Assembly (NCBI GenBank): GCA_034530875.2
Contig: JAVRCJ020000004.1
Location: forward strand, 256,001-320,000
DNA: 64,000 nt
Source of the DNA: Nostoc sp. DedSLP01
GTDB taxonomy: Bacteria; Cyanobacteriota; Cyanobacteriia; Cyanobacteriales; Nostocaceae
Direction: 5' to 3'
Below the pieces are notes generated by a model. That model saw only the letters and a list, made by a program, of their open reading frames with translations. It was not told the origin of the DNA and made no database searches. Shown here piece after piece: positions 52,430 through 62,903 of this stretch. Position 1 is the first letter of the stretch; each line of letters begins with the position of its first letter. The position numbers and the translations under genes were made by a program.

Positions 52430-55400
52430 TTACAGGAGAACTACAGCGATCGCTCCTCCGAATGCAGAGAAAATGGCGGAGACCAGTGCTGTGGCAAATA
52501 GCCACCAGGCTGCTGTAGCTGCTGCTTTACGGGTTTCTTCTGCTTGCCGCTGTGCTTGATGTTTTACTTCTTCGAGGCGGCGTTGGGCTTCTTGCTGGAT
52601 GCGTTCTGCACGTTGCAATACTGTGTTGCGTGCCCGTTCGATTTGGTCAACGATCCGGTTGGCATCCTCTTGGGATATGTCCTCACGAGAACTTAGGATT
52701 GCTACTAGTGTATCGCGGTCAAAGGAAGCTAGGCGATCGCGCAAGGCTTCAAACCCTGCTTGGGGATCTTCAAAAAAGACGCGGACATCGCGTTTAATAC
52801 TATCATAGTTCAATTCTGGGCGATCTAGGGAATTGAGATAGTTACGGATACGGGCAAAAACTCCTTCAATTGCATCTTGAATGCCGCGTTGAATGCTTCG
52901 TACTTGTTCTACAAATTGATCTCTAACGGAGATCATGTTATCGGCAATCCGCGCTGCTTCATCATCGGTGATATCTTCGCGGATTTTTAGCAGGGCGATG
53001 ATGGTAGAACGGTCAAAATGAGCTAGGCGATCGCTTAAACTTTCCACTCCGACTCGCGGATCGTGTAACAGTAGTTGCAAGTCGCGCTTAATACCTTCTG
53101 GATTGAGTTCTTCTTTACCAGTTTGCCGCAAATACTCTTCCAGATAAGCTTTGAATGTGTCTACTCTTTGCTGGGTGCGGGTAGCTAAACGACGAGGCGC
53201 ACGTACAATGTTGCGAATCGAGGTTTGCATGGAATCAATGACTTGATTAACTTGTTCTTCACTCAAGTCTTGACGTTGGCTGAGTAGTTTTACCAATGTA
53301 TCCCGGTCTAATTGAGACAAGCGATAGCGCAGCGCTCTAGCTCCCTCTTGGGGATTGTCAAACAATCTGTTCAAATCCCGCTGAATACCTTCTGGATTCA
53401 GTTCTTGTTTGCCTGTGTTCCGCAGGTAATCTGCAATGGTGGTAGTAACTGAATCGTATTGCTCTTTTGCTTTGTCTGCTAAAGCTTGGGGCGTGTGGCG
53501 CATACCATGCCAGGACTCTTCAACGGCATTGATAGCTTGATTAACTTGAGTTTCACTCAAATCTTCCCGCTGACTCAACAACTGTACCAATGTATCGCGG
53601 TCAAAGCGAGACAACCGCGCCCGAATCGCAGCAATTCCAGCTTGGGGGTCGTCTAGTAACTTTTTGAGGTCGGCGCGGATGGCATCAGGATTGAGTTCTG
53701 ATTTGCCAGTGTTACGCAGATATGATTCGACATTCAACCACAGAGTTTCTGCTTGATATTGCGCTTGTTCTGCTAGACCTTTGGATTCAAATAAAGCGCG
53801 ATCGCGTTGTCTTTCCAACTCGTCCAAAATGCTTTCGACTTCATAGAGCTGGATATCGCTGCGTTCGAGCAATATCTGCCGCATTTCGGCACGTTCGATG
53901 TGCGCCAGCCGCAACGTCAGGGTTTCATAATCTACATCTGCGTCTTGCAACAGTGGTTTGAAATCTCGTTCGATACCTTCTGCTGTCAAATCGGATTTGG
54001 GAGTAACCAGCAGGTAACTTTCAACTCGGCGTTGTAAATCTTGGACGATTTCTCTTTCTTCTTCAGCTGTGACTATTACCAGCACGTCTTTACGCACTGT
54101 TTCTAATCTGTCTGCAATGCGCTGAATTTGACTTTGGGTAAGCAGTCCCCGCTGTTGCAAAATATTAACGAAATCGTTACGGGATAGACGTTCTAGTTCT
54201 CGGCGGACTGTACCAGGATCGGCTGCTTGGTCGTAGATAACATTGGTAAATTCCTGAGCAATTCTTTCTTGGCTGAGTTGCCAAGCATAAGTATTGAGCA
54301 GGTAATTTTCGATATCAGCGCGAATCGGGCTGTAGGGTTGGGATGGTGTGGGCAAACCTAGCTTATCTGCTTGTTCGGTAACCTTGTCTTTAGCTGTGGT
54401 GAGGCTACCTAAGATTTTTTCCACATCCAAATCGGATAAATCAGCCCGTCCCAACACGATACCGGTTAAAGCAGAGATTCCTTGCTGGAGTGTGCTTTGA
54501 ATCGGGCCGGGTGCGGCTTTTTCGTTAGCTTGTTTGGAACTACGGGTTTCTGAAACTAACCGATCCAACTTGGCATTGAGTTCGTCTGTCTTGGTTTGTC
54601 CGGGTGGTAGCGATTTGAGATAATCGATTAATTCGCCCAAACGGTCTGGGGTGGGTGCTTGCTGGCTAACTACTTGTTGCCAAACTTTATATAAAGTATC
54701 AGAGATGCGTTCAACATCTCTTTTAGAAAGGTCGGTACGGCTGCTGACTAATTCGATAAACTTTTGGCGATCGATGTTGCGGAGATCTGGACTATCAGCG
54801 ATCGCTTTTACTTGCGGATCGTTGAGTAAATTTTCAAAATCCCTGCGAATTTTCGATATATCCAATTCTGGCGGACGCAGCCTGTCTAAATAATCCTCAA
54901 TGTTTTCCCGAATACTTACTGGGTCGATGGCGCTTCCGAGTTCCCGGCGTACAGCAGCGGCGGCGGCTTCAGCTGTGGCTACAACTTGGTTATTAACAGC
55001 TTTTGCCCCTAGTGCGGCGGTAGCAGTCCCCATAATTGCTTGAAAGCCAGAGGTTGCCGTATTCACAACCGAACCAATTAAGGAACCGACGGTGGTGGAA
55101 CTTACCCAAACCAAAAGCAAAAAGTAAGCACCCCAAATCACCAAACCGAGAATTGCCCCTAACCTTGGGTCTAAAATCACAAGGCTCAATTTAACGGCCA
55201 AGAAACAGGCAATTAACAAAGCAATGGTGACAGTGACTAACGTCCAAATCCCTACTGCCGTACCAACCTTGCGAATAGTACCGCCAAAACTTCCGGCTTC
55301 GCCATCACCTGAATCCGAGTCAGATGAACGTCCCAGGTAGGAAATACCCGCTGCAACTGAGAGATTAGTAAGAACTAATTGAAAAGCAAAGGCTAAAATT

Positions 55401-55540
55401 ACGCCGGAGACTAAAGCCACAAAAAAACGCGGCCCCGAAGGCGTAATCACTGAGGGATCTATTGAATTATTTGCTGAAATCTGTACTAACCACAGTGGTG
55501 GTTTGTAGAGTCCCAGCATGATTTCCGTACTTTGAAACAT
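52430..55540 (-). CDS. large membrane-anchored helical repeat protein of unknown function
   Basis: Three N-terminal and one C-terminal hydrophobic segments; about 7 repeats of YL...ELNPEGI.RDL..L..DP....RL...DRDTLV.LLS.REDLS. Confidence 0.85.
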   Translation of the reverse strand: MFQSTEIMLGLYKPPLWLVQISANNSIDPSVITPSGPRFFVALVSGVILAFAFQLVLTNLSVAAGISYLGRSSDSDSGDGEAGSFGGTIRKVGTAVGIWTLVTVTIALLIACFLAVKLSLVILDPRLGAILGLVIWGAYFLLLVWVSSTTVGSLIGSVVNTATSGFQAIMGTATAALGAKAVNNQVVATAEAAAAAVRRELGSAIDPVSIRENIEDYLDRLRPPELDISKIRRDFENLLNDPQVKAIADSPDLRNIDRQKFIELVSSRTDLSKRDVERISDTLYKVWQQVVSQQAPTPDRLGELIDYLKSLPPGQTKTDELNAKLDRLVSETRSSKQANEKAAPGPIQSTLQQGISALTGIVLGRADLSDLDVEKILGSLTTAKDKVTEQADKLGLPTPSQPYSPIRADIENYLLNTYAWQLSQERIAQEFTNVIYDQAADPGTVRRELERLSRNDFVNILQQRGLLTQSQIQRIADRLETVRKDVLVIVTAEEEREIVQDLQRRVESYLLVTPKSDLTAEGIERDFKPLLQDADVDYETLTLRLAHIERAEMRQILLERSDIQLYEVESILDELERQRDRALFESKGLAEQAQYQAETLWLNVESYLRNTGKSELNPDAIRADLKKLLDDPQAGIAAIRARLSRFDRDTLVQLLSQREDLSETQVNQAINAVEESWHGMRHTPQALADKAKEQYDSVTTTIADYLRNTGKQELNPEGIQRDLNRLFDNPQEGARALRYRLSQLDRDTLVKLLSQRQDLSEEQVNQVIDSMQTSIRNIVRAPRRLATRTQQRVDTFKAYLEEYLRQTGKEELNPEGIKRDLQLLLHDPRVGVESLSDRLAHFDRSTIIALLKIREDITDDEAARIADNMISVRDQFVEQVRSIQRGIQDAIEGVFARIRNYLNSLDRPELNYDSIKRDVRVFFEDPQAGFEALRDRLASFDRDTLVAILSSREDISQEDANRIVDQIERARNTVLQRAERIQQEAQRRLEEVKHQAQRQAEETRKAAATAAWWLFATALVSAIFSAFGGAIAVVLL

Positions 55541-56212
55541 CGTATTTCCTTGTCTTAGTGTTTAATTTTTGGGGGATAAAGAATTTCCAAAAGAAGTAAC
55601 TCTTAGTATTTATCTGTGTATCTATGGCAATACCTAACTCTTTAGATCAGAATCGTAGAATTTAGGTGTAAAAAGCATCTCTCCAAAGATTGAAGAGTCT
55701 ATCCAGCGGAAGATATAAATTTTATTCTGTTTTGAAATAAATATTATCCACTTTAATAATTGCTATTAACATATATAGCTTTATTTTTGAAAATTTGGAT
55801 TATTTTTTTTGCATTATTTTTTGATTGAATTATGGTTTACTGACAAATACAAAGCTTTAGTTTAAATACCTATATTTTTCACTACCTCCAGGGTGATTTG
55901 TTTCCAACAATACGCTATTAACCATCGTCCAGAAGAAGTGCTTGTAGTTTGTGCCTAGAGGCAGAAACCAATTTAGTTACAAATAGTTACATTAGAGTTA
56001 ACAAATGAATAATTGAGGGCAAACAAATGACAACTAACTATTGTATAAACTCGCCAATAATTGGAACGGGATAGAATGCAATTCGTCAGTTGTAGTTTCT
56101 TTGTTACCAATAACAAATGACCGATGGCTAATAAAAGTCTTAACTAAATAATGTGCAACCTGAAATGCGCATTAAAGACTTAAAAATCAGTTCAATTTGA
56201 GAGGAAAAAACA

Positions 56213-56425
56213 ATGGAAACTCGTGAAACTCGTCCTTCTACCGATTTACCAACTGTAGCTAATGCATACAACGGCCGCGATCGCAATGAATTTCTCTTTG
56301 GCTGGACTCCCCAAACCGAAATTTGGAATGGTCGTTTTGCAATGATTGGCTTTCTTGCTTATTTACTTTGGGATTTAGCCGGTTTTAGCGTGCTGCGCGA
56401 CGTACTGCGGATAATTGGCTACTAA
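56213..56425 (+). CDS. high-light-inducible protein (Hlip/SCP)
   Basis: FGWTPQTEIWNGRFAMIGF (ExxNxR chlorophyll-binding motif). Confidence 0.92.
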   Translation: METRETRPSTDLPTVANAYNGRDRNEFLFGWTPQTEIWNGRFAMIGFLAYLLWDLAGFSVLRDVLRIIGY

Positions 56426-56466
56426 CGCTTCAATACTCAAAAACCTATTAAATTTTGGAGAAAAAA

Positions 56467-56679
56467 ATGGCAACTCAAGAAACTCGTCCTTCTACTGATT
56501 TACCAGTCGTTGCACCAGAATATAACGGTGTAGACCGCAATGCTTTCTTATTTGGCTGGACTCCCCAAGCTGAAATTTGGAACGGTCGCTTGGCGATGAT
56601 TGGCTTTCTTGCTTATTTGCTTTGGGATTTAGCTGGTTATAGCTTTGTCCGCGATGTATTGCACATCGTTGGATACTAA
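56467..56679 (+). CDS. high-light-inducible protein (Hlip/SCP), tandem paralog
   Basis: FGWTPQAEIWNGRLAMIGF; GGAG RBS. Confidence 0.92.
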   Translation: MATQETRPSTDLPVVAPEYNGVDRNAFLFGWTPQAEIWNGRLAMIGFLAYLLWDLAGYSFVRDVLHIVGY

Positions 56680-56760
56680 AGATTGGTAAACAAGATTTGC
56701 CTTTTTTAAAGATGTAGCTAAATGGGGATAAAAACCCCTCGTTTACCTACAAAATGACTG

Positions 56761-56789
56761 GTAGAGACGTTGCACTGCAACGTCTCTAC
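56761..56789. repeat. REP-like palindrome
   Basis: GTAGAGACGTTGCA-C-TGCAACGTCTCTAC perfect inverted repeat between convergent genes. Confidence 0.85.
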
Positions 56790-56816
56790 ATGCGTTTGTA
56801 TGGGTTCTCAATTCTG

Positions 56817-58154
56817 TTACAGCAAAAACCGAATTAAGACATAAAAAGCCGAAGTTACTAACTGCAATAACATCACTGGGATACCGTAGTGTAAAAAAGT
56901 TTTAAACGATATTCGGCGTCCGTGTTGCTCGGAAATACCAGCAGCTACGATATTAGATGATGCTCCTACTAGTGTGCCATTACCTCCTAAAGTTGCACCA
57001 AACATCATGGCATAAAATAGCGGTAATACTTCAGTTGGAAACTGTCCTTGAAAGTCTTGCGCTAAAACTTCTGCGGGTGCTAAACCAACAGTGACAAGAT
57101 ACTGTTTGAGTAAAGGCACCATCGCTACTACTAAAGGAATATTGGGTACGACGCTTGATAGTATCCCTACAACAAATAATAAAACTAGCGAACCGAGAAT
57201 AATATTTTTTCCTAAAATAACTGCTAATATTCCTGATAAACTATCGATCACCCCTGTTTTTTCTAACCCTCCGATGAGTATGAAAATACTCATAAAAAAT
57301 ATTAATGTACTCCAATCTACGTCTCGTAAAATATTATTCACTGAGTCAATTTTGCTGTGGTGAGATAAAAGCAAAGCTAATGCTGCTCCTAACAAAGCTA
57401 CGGCAGCAGGAGAAACGGGAACTGGTAGAGATTCTCCAATTACAAAAAAGATTAGTACGAATAATACAATAACCGCACCTATGCTTAAAACTCGGGGACG
57501 ATCGATTTGGGGATGTGGCAGATCTTCAAGATTATCTATTTTTGTATTCCAAATTTTACGGAACAAAAATGGTAGCGTGGCAACTACTGTGGCAACGGCA
57601 ATTACTCCTCCTAAACTCAATTTAAATAAATAGTCTGTAAAAGTAATATTTATTGCATCACCAACAATAAATGTCGCTGGGTCGCCCACTAAAGTTAGCA
57701 GCCCGGCACTATTAGCAATAAAGACCATTAGAATTAATAAAGGTACGAAATTTATGCCAATTTCTTGCGCGATTGGCGGAATCAGAGGTGCCAATAACAT
57801 AACTGTTGTCGCATTCGGCAAAACAGCACAAATTGGTGTCACAAGAGCCACAATACCGAGTAATAAACGCTTGCCTTGTCCTTTGGCAAGGATGACTATT
57901 TGAGTTGCTAAATATTCAAATATTTTTGTAGGCTCAAAAGCCCGTACTAGCACCATAACTCCAAAAAATAAGCCGAGTGTTCCATGACTATTGCCGATGT
58001 AACCCACAGCTTGTTGCAAGGTCATGACGTTACAAAAAACTAATAACAATGCTCCCAATAAAGCAGCGATGGTGAGATGTACCCATTCTGTCATCACTAA
58101 AATGATGACGCCGATAAATGTAACCACACTAAGAATCGCTTGCCAGTTTTCCAC
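56817..58154 (-). CDS. ArsB/NhaD-superfamily (P-protein-like) ion transporter
   Basis: PNATTV, ANSAGLLTLVGDPAT, VDWSTLIFF, PNIP and LGGNGTLVGASSNIV motifs. GTG start at 58154 has an RBS; an alternative start lies at 58202. Confidence 0.88.
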   Translation of the reverse strand: MENWQAILSVVTFIGVIILVMTEWVHLTIAALLGALLLVFCNVMTLQQAVGYIGNSHGTLGLFFGVMVLVRAFEPTKIFEYLATQIVILAKGQGKRLLLGIVALVTPICAVLPNATTVMLLAPLIPPIAQEIGINFVPLLILMVFIANSAGLLTLVGDPATFIVGDAINITFTDYLFKLSLGGVIAVATVVATLPFLFRKIWNTKIDNLEDLPHPQIDRPRVLSIGAVIVLFVLIFFVIGESLPVPVSPAAVALLGAALALLLSHHSKIDSVNNILRDVDWSTLIFFMSIFILIGGLEKTGVIDSLSGILAVILGKNIILGSLVLLFVVGILSSVVPNIPLVVAMVPLLKQYLVTVGLAPAEVLAQDFQGQFPTEVLPLFYAMMFGATLGGNGTLVGASSNIVAAGISEQHGRRISFKTFLHYGIPVMLLQLVTSAFYVLIRFLL

Positions 58155-58266
58155 ACTTAACTCCCAAAGTTGAATTGATTGGATATTAGCGAAAAAAGCC
58201 ACCTAAATCTAGGTGACTTATCTAAGATGAGAATTTAATAAAAATTATTGAAATTCTGAATAGCGA

Positions 58267-58902
58267 TTATTCATCAATACAGCTAGGAATACCCAAAACG
58301 GCGCAGGGAAAATCAGATTCTAGTGCTTCAATCATCGGATGATTGAGAGATTGACAGCCAACAAATAGGATATCCGCAGCTTCTAATTCCACGACTTTTC
58401 TCAGTTCTGTGGAAATGGAACCAAATCGCAAATGAGATTTGAAAGAACCTTGCCATTCTTCAGCCAAACTTCGCGCTTGCCAAAGAATTCTATCTGCCTC
58501 TTGTAAGGGAGTGGTGGGTGTCTCGAATTTGGGGTGAGTTAAAACAAGTGTGGCAGATTTTGAGATTTCACTAAGTTCGCATTCCAATAAAGGCTGTGGT
58601 ATGGGAAAATTTAAGATATTTGGATACTGGTTGCTTTGATTGTCTTCTAACACATAAACAGCTTGGACTGTAACTTCTGTATTGGTGGCTAAACGCGTTT
58701 GGTGTGCAATCCAAAAAGCAATATCCAATGCTGTATGGCTGTGAGGAGAACCATTATATGCAACAATTAAGTTAACTGAATTTGATGCGGCAGATTGTTC
58801 CAAAAATGAGTTTTTTGGTTCTGGCAATAATACCATTTGCTCAATTAAATCATCTCGACCGATCGCACTTTGCAAACGTGCTAACATTGGCTTAATTTTC
58901 AC
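58267..58902 (-). CDS. universal stress protein family
   Basis: LIVAYNGSPHSHTALDIA, ADILFVG and FPCAVLGI motifs. Confidence 0.8.
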   Translation of the reverse strand: MKIKPMLARLQSAIGRDDLIEQMVLLPEPKNSFLEQSAASNSVNLIVAYNGSPHSHTALDIAFWIAHQTRLATNTEVTVQAVYVLEDNQSNQYPNILNFPIPQPLLECELSEISKSATLVLTHPKFETPTTPLQEADRILWQARSLAEEWQGSFKSHLRFGSISTELRKVVELEAADILFVGCQSLNHPMIEALESDFPCAVLGIPSCIDE

Positions 58903-59093
58903 AGCTTTACTTCTCCAAATAAAATTTACTAGGAATGAGAAGCAGGGCAACCAATTTTGGATTTTGTCATTAATCCTCTGTCTCTTGTCCTTTGTAAATT
59001 ACTAAGGACTAATGACCAATGACTAATAACTAAAATTGAAAATCGGTAGAGGAAACCCCAATGATAACTGTATTACAGCCAAGTGTTGGGGGT

Positions 59094-59292
59094 TCCTTCC
59101 ATTGCCTACGGAGTTAGCTGACGGGCTAAGACTGGAAGGTGTCTCTCTCTTGGGAGTACTGACTACTGAGTGCTGAGTTAATATTAATAATTACTAACTC
59201 CTAACTCTTAACTCCTAACTTTGTATGAGATTAGCCCCACAATATGGTTCCTCCGTTCCAAATCCAGCTTTCATAAATTTGAATTAGGCTAC
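59094..59292 (-). ncRNA. cyclic di-AMP (ydaO/yuaA) riboswitch
   Basis: The minus strand reads GCCTAATTC...GGAACGGAGGAACC...GGGGCTAATCT...AGCCCGTCAGCTAACTCCGTAGGC, upstream of the USP gene. Confidence 0.9.
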
Positions 59293-59318
59293 CCACTCAA
59301 AAAGAATGATAATCTACT

Positions 59319-60158
59319 TTACTCGTTTTGGGTGAAATATCGATCTAGGAAGTTGAGGGCGTGGTTGCGGAGTTCAAAATATTCTTTTGAGTTGCGCATG
59401 GCAGCGCGATCGCGTGGATGCTCAAAAGGAACTTCTAATACTTCACCAATAGTAGCAGCCGGCCCGTTGGTCATTAACACGATGCGATCGGACATGTAAA
59501 TTGCTTCGTCTACATCGTGGGTAATCATCATCACTGCTTGGCGATGATTTTCCCAAATATCTAATACTTGCCGCTGCAATTTACCACGAGTTAGCGCATC
59601 TAACGCTCCAAAAGGTTCATCCATTAATAACATTTTGGGACGAATTGCTAAAGCTCTAGCAATACCTACCCGTTGTTTCATACCTCCAGAAAGTTCGTCA
59701 GGATACTTATCAGCCGCCGCCGTTAAGTTTACCATCGCCAAGTGTTCGTTTACAATGCTAATTTTTTCAGATCTATTAGCATTTTTTAACACTTCATCTA
59801 CAGCTAAACGGATATTTTCTCGCACTGTTAACCAAGGTAATAATGCGTAATTTTGAAACACCATCATTCGCTCTGCACCAGGTTTACGGATTTCTTTTCC
59901 GTCTAAACGGACTGAGCCAGAAGTTGCTTTTTCTAAACCCCCGATAATCTTCAGTAGGGTTGATTTTCCACAGCCAGAGTGACCAATTACAGAAATATAT
60001 TCATCTTCACCAATCGTTAAATTCACTCCATCTAAAACAACAAAATTGTCTTTATCTGGTGTCGGATAAGACTTAACTAAATTTTCAATTTCCAGAAATC
60101 CAGGACGGGATATAACTTGGTTTTGGGTATCAATAGGTAATGAGGTATATTCCATCAT
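59319..60158 (-). CDS. NrtD/CmpD-like ABC ATPase
   Basis: IGHSGCGKST, LSGGMKQR, MDEPFGALD and ITHDVDEA motifs; no NrtC-type C-terminal domain. Confidence 0.92.
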   Translation of the reverse strand: MMEYTSLPIDTQNQVISRPGFLEIENLVKSYPTPDKDNFVVLDGVNLTIGEDEYISVIGHSGCGKSTLLKIIGGLEKATSGSVRLDGKEIRKPGAERMMVFQNYALLPWLTVRENIRLAVDEVLKNANRSEKISIVNEHLAMVNLTAAADKYPDELSGGMKQRVGIARALAIRPKMLLMDEPFGALDALTRGKLQRQVLDIWENHRQAVMMITHDVDEAIYMSDRIVLMTNGPAATIGEVLEVPFEHPRDRAAMRNSKEYFELRNHALNFLDRYFTQNE

Positions 60159-60293
60159 CAAATGCTCCAACAATAATTTAGTCACGGTGAATATTTGAAC
60201 CTAGTATTTACAGCAGATTTCAAGGATAGTGAAGCACACCATCTATGTTTAGTAGCTAGGTCGAGAGCTAATTGTGAATTCTGAATTCTGCTG

Positions 60294-61736
60294 TTAAGAC
60301 ATGAAAAAACGAGTTGGAGCATTCGCCCTGATAGCAAAACTATTCAGATAGCCCACTGGATCGCTGGGATCGAAGCCTTTCTTATCTATAAATACTTCTG
60401 GTGCTTCGACTTTGTAATCATCCTTAGGACATTTAATGCCCATTTCGCTTGCTATCTCGCGATATAAATCTGTTCTCCAACCTTTTTCGGCTAGTTTTTC
60501 AGCATCTTTAGGAAATGCTTTAATTTGTCCCCATCTTGCTGCTTGAGTCATCAGCCAAATGCTTCTAGATCTCCATAAAAATGTTGAATGTTCTCCTGGC
60601 TGTTTGGGAATGTTATCTGGAATATCAAAGAAAATTGTGGTGTCAGCGGCTTGAATTGTGCGGTCTTTGCCATCAAATCCGCCATAGTTGTAGTTCCCAA
60701 CAATTGCCGGGGCAGTAAACTTGGCAATTGGAGCCTTTTTATTTTTCGGTCTTGCACCTGTGAAGGAACGGTCTGTTATCAGTTCGGCAACTTCTTGGCG
60801 ATTTTCCGGTTTGCTGCAATACTGGCAAGCTTCAATCATGGCTTTGACCAAGGAACGATAGGTTTTGGGATAGTTCTCGATGAAAGATTCCATTACCCCT
60901 AAAAGTCGGTCTGGGTGTCCCAGCCAGACTTCTTTGCCTTGGGCGAAGGTAAAGCCGATGTTTTCGTTTCCTGTAATTGCTCTTGTGTTCCAGGGTTCTG
61001 CAACCATGTAAGCTTGCATGGCGCCAATTCGCACGTTTGTTACCATCTGGGGCGGGGAAACAATGATGATGCGAAATTCTTTGAGAGGATCGACACCAGC
61101 AGCGGCAGATATGTAACGAACAAAGTATTCGTAAATGGCGGAACTGAGAACAACTGCCCAAACTTTATTTTCTACTGGCTGACTATCGAAGTAGCCTCGA
61201 AAATCTTTGCCGAAGGCTTCTAGGGCGCCATCGCCGTATTTTTCTTGGTATTCGTACCAGGGACGCAACCCATAATCCCACATGGCTTTGTTCATGGTCA
61301 TGGCGTTACCGTGGCGGTGGATGGTCATGGCTGCACACATAGGGGCGTGGCGTGCGCCTTCGGCACCAATTCTGGCGTTGGTAACGGCACCAGATACTAC
61401 GGGTGCAGCATCCAAGCGACCAAAAATTACGCCGTCGCGGGACGTGGCCCAACTGGCTTCGCGGTTGAGTGTGACGTTTAAACCATATTTGCGAAAGAAG
61501 CCTTTTTTCCAGGCGATCGCAAATGGCGCACAATCATTTACGGGAACGTATCCAACGGTAAGATCGGGTTTTTCTAATTCGCTGGATTTAACTATCGGTT
61601 GGACGGCTAAGGCTTCTTCTGTTAATCCTTTGGCGGATCTATCTCCTGAAACTGCACAGGAAGAGAGGGCTATTGTGGCTGTGGTTGCTCCTACTCCTTT
61701 AATAAAGTCTCGTCGAGTGTAGTTGCGATCGACCAT
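60294..61736 (-). CDS. NrtA/CmpA-family ABC substrate-binding lipoprotein, substrate unknown
   Basis: Tat signal TRRDFIK, lipobox LSSC, GFFRKYGL, PPQMV and AEPWN motifs. Confidence 0.9.
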   Translation of the reverse strand: MVDRNYTRRDFIKGVGATTATIALSSCAVSGDRSAKGLTEEALAVQPIVKSSELEKPDLTVGYVPVNDCAPFAIAWKKGFFRKYGLNVTLNREASWATSRDGVIFGRLDAAPVVSGAVTNARIGAEGARHAPMCAAMTIHRHGNAMTMNKAMWDYGLRPWYEYQEKYGDGALEAFGKDFRGYFDSQPVENKVWAVVLSSAIYEYFVRYISAAAGVDPLKEFRIIIVSPPQMVTNVRIGAMQAYMVAEPWNTRAITGNENIGFTFAQGKEVWLGHPDRLLGVMESFIENYPKTYRSLVKAMIEACQYCSKPENRQEVAELITDRSFTGARPKNKKAPIAKFTAPAIVGNYNYGGFDGKDRTIQAADTTIFFDIPDNIPKQPGEHSTFLWRSRSIWLMTQAARWGQIKAFPKDAEKLAEKGWRTDLYREIASEMGIKCPKDDYKVEAPEVFIDKKGFDPSDPVGYLNSFAIRANAPTRFFMS

Positions 61737-61951
61737 TTTTTGACTCCATTGATAGCTCAATTTTGGATTTGGTTGAATCCAAAATTTAAATTTGCTGATT
61801 AATTGCTCGCGCACAGACGCTCCAGGCGCAGAGTTTGCAAAACAATTGAAAGTAGATTTCAAGTTCTGACTTCTGACTTCTGAATTCTGACTCCTGTTAG
61901 CGTAGCGGGGCGTAGCCCATTCTGAATTCTGAATTCTGACTTGTGTTGTAA

Positions 61952-62803
61952 TTAATTGGCAGATGTGGGGCGGCGAGTTACTATTTCTTGAATTTTACCG
62001 ACGATGTAATCAAGAATTAAGCCGGTTAAGCCAATTACTAATACGGCTAGAAAAACTGAACTGAGGTTTAAGCGACTCCATTCATCCCAAACGAAAAAGC
62101 CGATACCAATACCACCTGTGAGCATTTCTACGGCGACGATTACCAGCCAAGCTATGCCTAAACTAATTCGCAAACCTGTGAAAATATAGGGCAAACTTGC
62201 AGGCCAAATAATTTTGAAAATCTGCCGCCAACGTGGCATTTCTAATACTTGTGCCACGTTTAAATAATCTTTGGGAACGCTAGAAACTCCTAAGGCGGTA
62301 TTAATAATTGTCGGCCATAAGGAAGTGATAAAGATAACAAAAATGGCTGAAGGATCTGCCAAGTTGAAAATAGCTAAAGCAATGGGCAACCAAGCTAAAG
62401 GCGATACGGGTTTAAAAATTTGAATGATGGGATTGAGGGCTAACATTGCCGGTCTCGACATCCCAATCAGAAAACCTAGAGGTATGGCTACTAACGCACC
62501 TAACAAAAAGCCCAATATTACCCGCCGCAGACTTGCTAGCAATAACCAACCAATTCCTAAGTTACCAGGGCCGCGTTGGTAGAAGGGATTTAAGATGTAG
62601 TCGAGATTCGCTGATAGTGCTTCTGGTGGGGTAGGCATTAATTCGTGGTTGGCAAGTGCAACAATCCACCACAACACGATTATTCCTAAAAAACCCAAAA
62701 CAGGTAGAAAGACGACATCTTTAGTGATGACTGGTTTTGTTTTTTTCCAAGCGGCTTGTCCAGCGATCGCCGCGATCGCTGCTAAATTTAATTGAAAGAT
62801 CAT
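61952..62803 (-). CDS. NrtB/CmpB-like ABC permease
   Basis: SLRRV, PVSPLAWLP, WPTIINTALGV and FTGLRISLGIAWLVIVAVEM motifs. Confidence 0.92.
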   Translation of the reverse strand: MIFQLNLAAIAAIAGQAAWKKTKPVITKDVVFLPVLGFLGIIVLWWIVALANHELMPTPPEALSANLDYILNPFYQRGPGNLGIGWLLLASLRRVILGFLLGALVAIPLGFLIGMSRPAMLALNPIIQIFKPVSPLAWLPIALAIFNLADPSAIFVIFITSLWPTIINTALGVSSVPKDYLNVAQVLEMPRWRQIFKIIWPASLPYIFTGLRISLGIAWLVIVAVEMLTGGIGIGFFVWDEWSRLNLSSVFLAVLVIGLTGLILDYIVGKIQEIVTRRPTSAN

Positions 62804-62903
62804 TTTCAACCTCAACAGGGTTAAACGCAGGTACAAAAAACCGAGCAGTACCAGCCTTGGACACTGATGAGATCGGAACATTACAAAAATGCCGTCTCTT
62901 CAG

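Noticed and set aside
59319..62803. Calling the ABC system nrtABCD or cmpABCD
   Set aside because: The gene order differs, the C subunit is missing, no nirA/narB is adjacent, the pocket motifs diverge and a c-di-AMP riboswitch precedes it.
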